A stretch of 64,000 nt of DNA from Okamejei kenojei (taxonomy: Eukaryota), in NCBI GenBank assembly GCA_035221665.1, contig CM069152.1, positions 16,492,001 to 16,556,000 on the forward strand. The letters run 5' to 3'. Shown piece after piece: positions 13,021 through 24,080 of the stretch. Under the pieces are notes generated by a model. The model was not told where the DNA came from. It saw nothing but the letters and a program-made list of their open reading frames with translations, and did no database searches. The first letter of the stretch is position 1; each line of letters starts with the position of its first letter. Made by a program: the position numbers and the translations under genes.

Positions 13021-14314
13021 TGTAGGTTTTCTGTGATTATCCTCCTGAGAGCAATGGCTTAGGTTTTAATATTGACTCAGTGGAGTGGTTCACAACTTGA
13101 GTGTTACAACTGATCCAGAGCTGGCTGAAAGCCATTTTCTCCATTGCTGTGAGCTTCAGTATTTAACAACACACTGAGTTCCTCCTTGTAGTCATAACTC
13201 AGCTCAGAAACAACCCCTTCAACCAAATCATACCTGCCAATCATCTGCCCTCACCCGCCCACCCCAACCTGGCAGATGTGTTTTATGACTGTTGGCAGTT
13301 CCATCTCCCTCCTGGGATAAATAAAGTCCAATGGTATTGTAACAGACCTCCTTGGAAATTGGGCTGCAACTAAACCTTACTACTCGAAGGACCTTTGTTT
13401 AATTGTAACTATCACAGTTACAATGGTTGCTCTGGGCAATAAATAGTTAAGTTTTGCTGCTGTTGTTTTGAGATTCTCAGTCAGAGGGTGGATGTTGGAA
13501 AGCTTTCCATGATCCCGAAATAACATCCGTTGTGACGTGATTTGGGTGGTGTCAAGGATGATTGACTATGAGCCCTCACACCAGTTATCAAAGCATCCTC
13601 ACACTTTCCCCTTGACCCTAATCTTTTCAATTAAGGTGGTGTTACTCTGGCAGTAGTCTCTAGGGAATTCAGCAAGGAAATGATTGTGTTAAAGAATTAG
13701 TAGTATCAATATTCCACCCACTTTAGGTTTCGTAAAGTCAATACAAGTGATCATGGGAAAGAGGGCCTATAATTTATACATGTTTACTGCCGTGCAAAAA
13801 AAAAAAACCTGCAGATGCTAGAAATCTGAACTGAAAACAAAATGCAAATCAGCCAGATCTGAGGAGAAAAACAAAGTCAATATATGTTAATAATCTTTTA
13901 ACCGAAAGGTCTTAGATCTAAATGCTGTTTCCATCTTCACTGCCTGACCTGCTGAGTGTTTCCAACATTTGCTGCTTTGCTTTAATGTTTATTGCAATCT
14001 GTGAAGTTTTTTTTTAGCATTTCTTTTGAGCTTTGAGTCCCAGCCCCCATGTGTTGATTTTGTTGTACTGAGGAAGGTGGAAGGGAGTGGGGGGAAATCT
14101 AAGCAGCCAAGGACGGTAGAAGCACAGGCATGGGAGGTTACAAGAAAAGTGGAATAGAAACCACCCTGAGTTCCCTTCAGTTGATCATTACTTTGTGCCC
14201 AGGTGTAAAATAGCCACTGATAGGATATTGGGCATCACATTGTTAACTTGGGAATAGCACTCTGACTTGGCATTCAAAGCAGTCAATGAGGTTTTAATTT
14301 TTTCCCCACTGCAG

Positions 14315-14465
14315 TCTACAAAACGTGGATGTTAGCATCAGCAGCATCAACGAGCACACAGGAGACTCGGGGAAAGCCAGTGAGCTGTCGGTTTGCAGCT
14401 GGCCTTTTGAACCTTACCAGTGGGCACCCTACCCAATCCTGTACCAATTCGGCAGGGACAGGCCG
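14315..14465 (+). CDS. SEA/EGF transmembrane protein, cytoplasmic exon
   Basis: ttttttccccactgcag| ... CCG|gtgagt, phase 2->0. Encodes SLQNVDVSISSINEHTGDSGKASELSVCSWPFEPYQWAPYPILYQFGRDRP. Confidence 0.87.
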
Positions 14466-14789
14466 GTGAGTATCACGCATCAGTCTATGTGTATTTGTGA
14501 GCCTCTCCTTAGCTTAATTCCTCCAAACACAACCTTTCTACAGGCACTGGTGAGCTCAGACATAACAGTTTTTAAGATCAGAGTATCTCGCTGCAAGCTG
14601 GTATTTGCTTGTAGTTAGGATGGAGAGTAAGAATCAAAGATCCTATAGCTTTGGTAAGAATAGCCTGGCTATGTTTGTTATTCCTCCTTGCATTGTTACA
14701 CCTGGTGCAAACATTGCCCAGACACCCAGATCGTCATAGCACACTTTGCTCAGTTGACCTGACCATGACTGACTGACCTGGAGTAACTG

Positions 14790-14985
14790 CAGATCTTGAG
14801 CAAAACGCATGGTGCTGCAGGAACCCAGCGGGTCAGGTAGCATCTGCTGAGGAAATAAGATAGGTGATGTGTCAGGTTGGGGGCCCTTCTTCTAAAGTAG
14901 TGTCCAGACCCTAAATGTCACCTAATAGTCCCCTCATCAGATGATGTCAGACCTGCTGAGTTACTCCGGCAATTAGTGTTTTGCA
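14790..14985. mobile_element. Fold-back Penelope-derived short element (degraded)
   Basis: Inverted arms cagcgggtcaggtagcatc ... gatgatgtcagacctgctg around a decayed core. Confidence 0.6.
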
Positions 14986-15190
14986 GAATGACTGAACTTA
15001 TTCCCCACTAGGGTTAGGGTCAGCTCTGCAGGGACAGTTCTGGTTTGCAGTAATCTCAATCTGCCAGCCACTATCAAGAGGGGAAAGTGATGCAGGAACA
15101 CTTTTTAAAATGGCCACTAACAAAAAATATAATGGGTACCACAATATTATTGAATATGTGGAATTCACTTGAAAATATACGGCATAACTG

Positions 15191-15420
15191 AACGGCAGTG
15201 AGACATGGACTACATATGTCAGGCTGGAGAGAAGATGCAACACCTTTCACCTGAGAAGCATCCGCTGTATCCTGGGCATATCCTGGCAAGACAGAGTGTC
15301 CAACGCCAAGATCCTGTCTCTTGTTGGCCTTCCCAGTATGTACACTCTACTCAGGCAGCGCAGAATGCAGTGGCTAGGCCATGTCCACCACCTGGAGGAT
15401 AGCCGTATTCCAAAAAACAT
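15191..15420 (+). mobile_element. RTE-clade LINE fragment (RT C-terminal region)
   Basis: Translates to GSETWTTYVRLERRCNTFHLRSIRCILGISWQDRVSN...LRQRRMQWLGHV..LEDSRIPK, typical of RTE/BovB-type ORFs. Confidence 0.8.
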
Positions 15421-15565
15421 ACGAAAAGATGGAGATTAATGCATTTTTTAAAATGTCGTTTTGAAGGATACTAGCTCCAATTGAAATAGATAATTAGAGT
15501 GGAAGGAGGCTGAGTGTACAAAAACTAACATAGCTGTTGGACTAAATGACCTAATTGTACCGTTG

Positions 15566-15760
15566 GAAGGAACTGCAGTTGCTGGTTTACACCGAAGATA
15601 GAACAAAATGCTGGAGTAACTCAGCGGGTCAGGCAGCATCTCTGGAAAAAAAATAATAGGTGACATTTTGGGTCTAAAGAAGGGTCTCGACCTGGAACAC
15701 CACCTATTCTTATTTTCCAGAGATGCTGCCCGACACGCTGAGTCAGCATTTTGTGTCTAT
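15566..15760. mobile_element. Fold-back Penelope-derived short element
   Basis: Arms caaaatgctg...cagcatctctggaaaa and ttttccagagatgctg...cagcattttg flank gaagggtctcgacc. Confidence 0.75.
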
Positions 15761-15808
15761 GTTAATTGTACTGTAGATTTTGTTACAAATCAAATTTCTC
15801 TCTTCCAG

Positions 15809-15883
15809 TTCAAAGGCAGACGGCCACACTCGTACTGTGAAGGGATGGAGCCTGTGAGCATGGAAAGAAACTGGACGGCCTAA
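15809..15883 (+). CDS. SEA/EGF transmembrane protein, terminal coding exon
   Basis: tttctctcttccag|, phase 0. Encodes FKGRRPHSYCEGMEPVSMERNWTA*. Confidence 0.85.
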   Translation, partial: FKGRRPHSYCEGMEPVSMERNWTA

Positions 15884-16100
15884 ATAGTAATAGAAAACAT
15901 GCAGATAAAGCAGCACTCCTTTTCCTGAAGATCAGGCCTATTTTGTTTGGGTTGGATGCAGCATTGGCATGACCAGAGTATATTTTTCCATGTTTTTACT
16001 CTGGCCATACTGTGCAAAAACAATTAGCCAGACATTAGGGTCTGGAGTATAATGTCACTTCCGCGAGTGCGAGTTTCCTGTGGAACAAGGCTGACCGCAG

Positions 16101-16106
16101 ATTAAA
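16101..16106 (+). promoter_or_regulatory. Possible polyadenylation signal (ATTAAA) of the plus-strand gene
   Basis: ATTAAA about 220 nt after the stop codon. A canonical AATAAA is seen at 16763-16768, inside the antisense TNRC6A 3'UTR. Confidence 0.35.
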
Positions 16107-16294
16107 CAACACGCCATCTGCTGCCTGCACTCTGACCTCCGGCCCGTGTTAAGTGACAAGGCCGTTGCTTTAGTTAGCGGAGGTCTAGGCACACGCTCAG
16201 AGGGTTGTAAAGGGCTGGGTCAACAATCATCCAGTTCCAGTGACAAATCACAACACCAAAAGAAACAACGGAAGGGTAGAGGTAGAAATGCTGA

Positions 16295-17922
16295 GCAGCC
16301 AAAAACGTCATGATTTATTAATATTTGAAGTAACTTCATAATTCAACACAACCAAATTATACATTTTACAATCACATTCTATTTGTAAACAGTTAAAAAG
16401 CCACTGACTTGTTTGCATCTTCCAACAGACAGTTATAATGAAGGCAATGAAATGGTGGCAAGTCTGCAGTGTTAAAATTGTGTCCTGGTTTGTCTCCTCT
16501 GAACAAATACATTTTGTGACAAAACCAAAGTGTAAAATAACTCGTTTTCTGTTGAACCTTTCTCAGAAGCAAATTCTAACATTAAAACGGTGTCTTACGG
16601 GGATGACAGTGATTCTGTGAACCATCAGAGTTGGTTACAGTATGCATAGTTACAGATCTCAGCCAGTTTTTTTTTTAAAGTACAACAGTCAATTGGACAG
16701 TCATAATAGCAAAATACATTTAGCCACTCGATAATGGGAATATAAAGGACCAGGGTGTTGGAAATAAAGTATATATACTACAACATGTCAGCAAAATTCA
16801 CCTTCACTCACCATAAAATGACAGCAATTTCAAAGCAATAGCTGGAAAATCCGGCTTTAAGCAGTTAACTTGGCAAAAATAAAACAAAGGTAATTTTACA
16901 GAGCAGTTTAATTCAGTGCTAAAAGTTTGGAGAGGGGGTCCTACACAAAACTACCAGAAGTCTCTAACATGGGAAAGAGGGAGAGGGGGAGGGAACTATT
17001 TCCTGAGAACCATGCTCTTCTCGTTTCAGGATATAGAGGAATAGAAAAAAAAGAACATGGTCAAAACACTGTTCAATATTCCCAGAGATAGAACATCTTC
17101 ATCTGCAATTTTTTTAATTAAAAAAAAATCATTTTTATTAATGATGGAAGAGTAAACATTTCCCCTCAAAAGTCTGTAAACAAGAGGGCACAACCAGGGC
17201 ACCTCCAAAAAAAATGAAAGCTCTATTGAAAGTGCTGTACCCTCCTGGCTTGCAGGGTGAGGTTGCAAGTCACAGCTACTGCCACAGTGTCACACTGTAG
17301 AGATTAAATTCTTTAGGTTTTCTTTAATCTTATTAAAATGTTTTTGAAAGAAACAGGTTGGTGCAATACTTCTTTTTGAAACTGCAAGATCAGTATGATA
17401 ACTTTGCTCTACAATACCACGTTATGGTAAGTACATGTCAAGGCATATTAAAGAGCACACCTTTTTTGCCATTTCCTTGCTAAAAGAACATTTGAGTAAA
17501 CATTTACACTTGAACTACCCTCTCCACCCCGTCCCCCACCCCGCCCTATTGCCAATTGGACAGGGAGACTATACTCAGTGCAGATTTCACATTCCAAACA
17601 TCACCAAACTCAAAATAGTTTTGGAATTTAAGGAATAAACATGATGAGTGCACACAACTAGCTCATTTGAAGCAGTTTTTTTTAATGGATAGCACTATCT
17701 GGAAGTATAAATATATACTTTTCACATTTTTTAAACTATTGACCTGCATGATTCAAGTATTAAAACTGATATGTACTGGGCTAAAAGAAAGTGGAAATAA
17801 AGGTGCAGAACGGAACATTTCCACAGGTGACCCCTTTTCTCCGTCTCTCTCGTGTTGTAGGTGAAAAGTCCGATTAGTGCTGCTTTTCATGTCGAGGTCA
17901 CAGTTTGAGTCATGAGTAAAGT
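16295..17922 (-). other. TNRC6A: TNRC6A 3'UTR (~1.6 kb)
   Basis: Transposon-free AT-rich tract between the stop codon and AATAAA, with many miRNA seed matches. The cleavage site is approximate. Confidence 0.7.
16314..16319 (-). promoter_or_regulatory. TNRC6A: TNRC6A polyadenylation signal AATAAA
   Basis: tttatt on + reads AATAAA on -. It ends the repeat-free AT-rich tract and is followed on the minus strand by GU/U-rich sequence. Confidence 0.7.
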
Positions 17923-18295
17923 TTAAATGGACTCTCCACCTCCAAGATGATCAACCGGGAGGAAAGCATTGATGGGGGAGGGGCTGCCGATTCCCCGCAT
18001 ATCGTTGCTGCTCGGGGTTCCCCATAGGCTAGTGGAATAATTGGGATTGCCCCAGAGTGAAGTGCCATGGAGGTCTCCACTACCAGTTCCCGACAGCCCA
18101 GTCCCATTCCAGTGATTGAGATCGTTGCGGTTTGAGAACGGGTGGGAACTGTCGATGGATGTAATACGGTTCTGGCTGGATCCCAGAGACTGCCAGCCTA
18201 GAGAGGGCGTCAACGACTGGCCTTGTGCAAAGAAGCGATTAATCTCATCTTCACTGGCAAACTCAGCCAGAATGGTAGTGTTCCCTAAAACACAC
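17923..18295 (-). CDS. TNRC6A: TNRC6A (GW182) last coding exon: RRM end and C-terminal silencing region
   Basis: tttcag|G TGT. Encodes [24 protein letters not shown]...[20 protein letters not shown], matching the recalled TNRC6A C-terminus (NAFLSVDHLGGGGESM). Confidence 0.96.
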
Positions 18296-18319
18296 CTGAA
18301 AGACAAAAAGAAAAGCAAT

Positions 18320-18512
18320 CAAGTAGACTTACAACACCCAAAAACCAGTTCCCTCCTATAATCCAAAGACGTACAGGTTTGTAGGTTAATTGGCTTGGTA
18401 TAATTGTAAATTGCCCCTAGTGAGGGAAGGATAGTGTTAATATGCAGGGATCGCTGGTCGGCGCGGACTACGTGGGCCAGTTACCGCACGGTATCTATAA
18501 AATAAACTAAAA
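18320..18512 (+). mobile_element. V-SINE/HE1-like SINE 3' half
   Basis: caaagacgtacaggtttgtaggttaattggcttggtataattgtaaattg..., tail taaaataaactaaa. Matches 57090-57245. Confidence 0.8.
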
Positions 18513-18957
18513 CTTGTAAATCTAGTACTGGAGTTATCTCTAGTCTTTTCACAGCTGGTCAGCCAGTAAATGAAAACAGGACAATACCACACAATGCACA
18601 ACTCACATTGGAGTTACAATTAACCAGAGATGTCTCAGAGCTTCATAACAACAGAAGCCAGGCTGAGATAGACACCTATGAGGGGTTACATGTGCAAAGC
18701 CATGAAAATGGGGACGTGTGAGGTAGGAGGTCAACGGCCAGATTGATCTATGTTTGGAGTTTAAAGCGACCCATCTGTTGGTTTAAAAGGGAAGGTAATA
18801 TAGCTAAAATTAAAGCACTGACTGCAGCGACTCCTATGAGAAAGTAAATCGTATGGCAATGAGCTTGGAGAAAATGGATACTTTAATGGAGTTTCAAATA
18901 AGACAATTCCTGAATAACTCAAATCTCCTCAGTAAAAACTCTGCATGCCCTCTCAAG

Positions 18958-19030
18958 CTCTTCTTGCCCTCTCAAGTACTAATGTGGCGACAAACTCTTC
19001 TTGCCCTCTCAAGTACTAATGTGGCGACAA
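18958..19030. repeat. Tandem duplication, 37-bp period
   Basis: ctcttcttgccctctcaagtactaatgtggcgacaa occurs at 18958-18993 and 18995-19030. Confidence 0.9.
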
Positions 19031-19394
19031 GTAGTGTACATTTCTTTTATCTCCCATATATTTTACTGAGTGTTTTTTGAAGGAAGTAAGTATTGTTAAA
19101 AATAATTCTCCGGCTAATCTTGCAAATTCTTATGACAGGACAGAAGGAAAATTAGGCAGCGAATAAATAGTTTTGGGGATAGGCAGTGGCTCTGCAGCAA
19201 GTGTGGGCTCCTGCACTATATAAATACATTTCCAAAGACTTAACACATGATTACAAACCCACAGCCTGGTAAGATCAAGGTTCAAAATTCTCGTTTCACA
19301 AGCGAATTTATGTGGTTTACAAATCCCTTTCCCTTTTTGGAGGGATAACAAAATCCCACCACAAGCCTGTTCATCAAGCTCAGGACCAACTTAC

Positions 19395-19534
19395 ATGTGC
19401 AGAGATTTCTGAGCCTTGGCTGCCTCTTCTTTCGAGCTGTAACAGACCAAAGCGTTTCCATGGGGCAGGTTAAGGTGGAATGTTATTAGTGGGCCGTGCT
19501 GCATGCACAGTGTACGCAAGGTGGAGCCATCAAT
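19395..19534 (-). CDS. TNRC6A: TNRC6A exon, RRM
   Basis: cttcag| [48 protein letters not shown]|gtaagt, phase 0->2. Confidence 0.96.
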
Positions 19535-20329
19535 CTGAAGATTAAAGATACAGCAAGAGACCAGTCAGCAAGATTAATGCAGGCCTGCAGATAGACAACA
19601 ACTTGTATTGCCGAAGGGTCTCCTTCGCTCCAAAGATGCTGCCTCATCCGCTGAGTTTCTCCAGCATTTTTATCAACCTTGTATTTATATGTTGCTTATA
19701 TATAGCAAAAACCTCCCTAGGTGATTCACAGGAATGATTAAAAATCCACATGGCACCACCAAAAGAGTAGGCCATAAAGTCAAAAACCAATAGGTTTAAG
19801 AAAAGTTTTTAAAAAAAGATGTGGAAGAGGAATTAGGCAGCTGAAAGCACGGCTGCCCTGATGGAGGTAAACCAGAACTGAAAACAAAGCTGGACTCGAT
19901 ATCCTAGAAGACCTGCCAACAGGGATGAGGTTTAAAACAGAGAAAGCGTGAAGAGCAGCTTCCCAAGCAGAAGATAAAATCAATTACCTGGTTCACTGAA
20001 AGGTTTAAAATGCTGTGAGGTCTGTATCATGTTCAGATTACACCGCAAGGGCTCACACGTATTATAGTTAGCTGCATGCAGTGATAATGAGCTACACATA
20101 GTTTCCATTAACCTATGCAAGTTGAGTCTATTGGGCTGGAAGAATAATCTAATCAGCCAGGCATCCGGCTACTTATTGACCTGGAAAATATTCCAGTTAG
20201 CAGGCATGACTGGATAGTTGGCAATGTGTGTGTCGAATTACATAAGGCCATCTGGACAAAGTAATAATGTTGTGTGTGAAACTGGTCTTAGTAATAATGC
20301 CGCGCCTTTGGGGTGGTGGGAGGGAGATG

Positions 20330-21830
20330 GTAATAGATAATGGTATGGATAGATTGAAGATTTAAAAGGGGAATGTTTATAAATTGCAATGATGTTTGCA
20401 ATGCAAGATGCAATGTACATGGACCCCACAGATGCCTGCCTTTTTGTTGGTTATGTTGAACAGTTTTTGCTCCAGGCATACACTGGCACCATCCCCCAAC
20501 TCTTTCTGTTACATCGCCTACTGCATTGGGGCCGTCTCCTGCAGCTATGCAGAACTCGATGATTTAATTAACTTCACCTCAAACTTCCACCCTGTCTTCA
20601 AATTTTCCTGGACTATCTCTGTCACTTCCCTCCCCTTTCTTAATCTTTGTCTCTCCATCGCAGGGGATAACCTATTGATTGACGTCTACTACAAAGCTAC
20701 CGACTCCCAGTTACCTAGACAAACCTCTTGCAAAGACGGTATTCCCTACTCTCAATTCCTCCATATCTGCCACATCTGTTCCCAAGATAAGGCTTTCCAT
20801 TCTAGGACACCTGAGATGGTCTTTTTCTTTCGTAAACTTGGTTTCTCCCCAGCTGTCATATATGGATCCCTCATCCAAGTCTTCTCTGTGCCCCATGGTT
20901 CCTCTCTCACTCTAGACAGAACAAGGATAGACTTCCCCTGGTCTTCACTTTCCACATCCAACAGATCATCCTTGGACATTTTCCGTCACCTCGAACGTGA
21001 TCCCACCACCAGTCACATCTTCCCATCTCCACCTCATTCTGCATTCTGCAGAGACTGCTCCTTTCACCACTCCTTGATTTACTCATCCCTTCCCACCCAA
21101 ACCATCTCCTCCCCAGGTACTTTCCCCAGCAACTGCAGGAGATGTAACGCTGTCCGTATACCTCCTCCCTTGCCTCCATCCAGGGAACCTCAGTAGTCCT
21201 TCCAGGTATAACAGAGGTTTATGTGCACCCTCTCTAACCTCATCTACTGCATGTGGTGTTTCTAATGTGGCCTCCTGTACATCAGTGAGACCAAGCGCAG
21301 ACTTGGTGACCATTTCGCCGAACACTGGGTGTGTCCGCCAAGGCCTACTGGATATCCTGATTGCTAATCATCTTAAATCCCCTTCCCATTCCCACACTGG
21401 CCATTCTGTCCTTGGACTCCTCCATTGAGGCCACACGCAAACTGGAGGATCAGCACCTCATATTCCACGACTGGCTTACAATGGTGTGAACATTGAATTC
21501 TCCAATTTTAGGTAACCCCCACCCCTTCTATCCACCGTTTCTCTGCCCCCGCACTCTCCTTTGCTCTTCTCCTGCCCCGTGCCTCTCCTGGAATAACACC
21601 TATTTCTCCCCTCTTCTCCCATCCCCTCCTGCTCCACCCACATTCCTTCCTCTCTCCCAGCTTTCTTCACCACCTCCAACAATCAGTCTGAAGGATCACG
21701 ACCCATAACATCACCTATCCAGAGATGTTGCTTGACCCATTGAGTTACTCCGGGACTTTGTGTTACTCCAGGACTTTGAGTTATTCCAGGTCCTTTTTTG
21801 TAAACCAGCATGTGGAGATCCTGGAGTACA
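20330..21830 (+). mobile_element. Penelope-like retroelement, 5'-truncated, degenerate RT C-terminus plus GIY-YIG
   Basis: LPFLNL..., DVYYKATDS, CKDGIPYSQF; then IYCMWC..CGLLYISETKRRLGDHFAEH (GIY-YIG) and EDQHLIF; terminal repeat at about 21680-21830. Frameshifts and stops present. Confidence 0.88.
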
Positions 21831-22032
21831 TCTAGAATGTACAATCCTGACATTTCACAAGTTGCAGACAGGGTTTACTTGAGTTTCATATGCATTTTCT
21901 TGATGGTGAGCCAGGAATCCTGAACACCTGTAATCTGTTCAGCCTCTCTGTCAAAACTATGGTGGCACTGACGACTGTGTTAATCTGCACAGGACAACTG
22001 AATCATTGTTTGAGAATGATGCACACACTCAC

Positions 22033-22103
22033 CTGAGGCGTGAGGTTCTTGAGAACAAGCCAATTTGTTATTCTACCTGAGCTGATGTCGCCCCAGCTAG
22101 GAC
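22033..22103 (-). CDS. TNRC6A: TNRC6A exon, RRM start
   Basis: ttttgctgcag| [24 protein letters not shown] |gtgagt, phase 1->0. Confidence 0.95.
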
Positions 22104-23111
22104 CTGCAGCAAAACCAACAAGAGGATGCAGTTAACAAGATGCATCACTTCTGATCAGCTGCCCAGCCACGACACATCACTCACACTTGTAACTAAAACC
22201 AGCATTGGTCAAAATTCAAATGCATTTGAAATCAACAGTTGGCAGTAAGATGCATTCTGTATAAGGTGAAGGTCTGTCAATGCGACATGCTAGGGACTTC
22301 AATGTTGGACTATAGATTTTCCAGTGTGTTGAATGTCATTCATTTTGATCAGCTGTTACACAGTGGAATCATTTTCCAGTGAACCCAGTAAGTTTAAATG
22401 AGTCTGGAAATCAGACGTATTTTTCAGCGAAGCACGAGAAACAGAACTTGGGCATTATTAGGGTTGGAGGGTGGGGAGGGCAGGTAAACCAGTCGAGTTA
22501 TTGGGGAGAGGGTGCGGGGGAACGGAATCAAGGTGCTCAACCGTCAAATTTCTGAACAGTTGGATATGGATTTGTACAATGTATAAACCCAACCAACAAC
22601 TGCAGGAGTGAAAGTTCCTCACACTGATTAATCTGAAATCTTCACCTTCTGCAGAACACATCATGCAAATTAAAACAAGCCTCCTCCACCCCCCAACATT
22701 TGCGATACATCAGTGTATAGAAATTGGGACAAACGCGGGATGAAAGACAGACATTTTAACAAGATTGAAGGGTGTAAAGGAGTTTTCACAAGTGAAAAAT
22801 ATTAGCACTGTAAAACTTAAGATAATTTGACATGAGATTGTTCAGGAGTCCTGATGGTTCAGCATCTGGCTCGCTCATTAGTCTGGGATGTGATTTGGGG
22901 TCAGGAGTGTGAGCGAGGTCTACCGCTAGGTACAGGCTCCAGACTATGAGCTAGGTTTGTAGCTGGGGCTGGGGTCCAGAAGACAAGGTTTCAGGAATGT
23001 GTGCAGGTTAGTGGACAGAGCCAGGATCTGAGGTGCTTGTATCTTTCACTCTCCTTTAAAACTCTTGGGTTGACTGGAAAATGTATCATAGTACAGTGTA
23101 ATATGTTAACA

Positions 23112-23706
23112 CAGGGTAGTTCTGTTACAACAGCATGATTTTGTGACACAAATCTGTATTACGTGGGCTGAATTGGTTATTATGTGACTTTATTATTATT
23201 ATTATTAATCTATATATATAATTATTATGTGACTGAAGAACCACTTAAAAAGCTACTTCAGAAATTGACAAGCATAGAAAAAAGCTGTCTTGGTATAGAA
23301 AAAACTGTCTTGGTAGAAAGTCTAAATATAAATAATTTCCATCTAATACCCTCCCCCCTCCCCCCCCCCCCCCCACAGTAATCAAACACCATCACCTCTA
23401 AAGAACAGTCTGTCAGATACACCACAGGAGGCTAAAGTAAATTGACGAGAATTGCTTCTATTTACACTTGTGCATCCAAACTCTACTAAACACTTTCACG
23501 GTCTTCAGTATTTTTACACTGCAGTAACAAGACTTGCAGTTATTAACCCGACCTTTGTTTTTGAAAATCATGAGGTGAAGTAACATTGTTATTGCAAGTC
23601 TGAAACTCTCTTGCCCCTAACCCCCTTTTCCCCCACTGTCACAACAATTTTCTGTAACACAAGATTTCTTAGGGATCCAATTATCATGTTATAGCAGAAC
23701 TGTCTG
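23112..23706. mobile_element. Putative Tigger/pogo-like MITE (old)
   Basis: Imperfect terminal inverted repeats cagggtagttctgttacaaca and tgttatagcagaactgtctg, with TA after the right end. Confidence 0.5.
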
Positions 23707-24080
23707 TACAGTGAAGTTAAAATTGGTTTGGGTATAAATACGTCTAATGATAATCTGGAAAATCAGCTAATCTTCATCACCATTACTGCTAGTCTTCATC
23801 ACGATTACTCACAGAGGCCCGATTAAAGGAGTTTTACTGTACCAGGAAAAAAAAACACATTATTCTTCACGTGTATTGAAGGAAGCCTCAGTCGATGGAG
23901 ATTTACTGGCTTACAGATAGCCTGCTATGATGCTGAGCAACACATAACTAGATGGACCCATGGCTTTATAGATCAATTTAAGCTTCGCAATTCTAGGAAA
24001 CGGTATTTCTGATCCTCCAAATGCTACCCTACTGGGAAATACACCCACTGGTACAATGGCAAGATTAGGCACAAATGAGT

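Noticed and set aside
20396-21196. 266-aa ORF as a host gene
   Set aside because: Degenerate Penelope RT/linker with frame switches and no intact catalytic motif.
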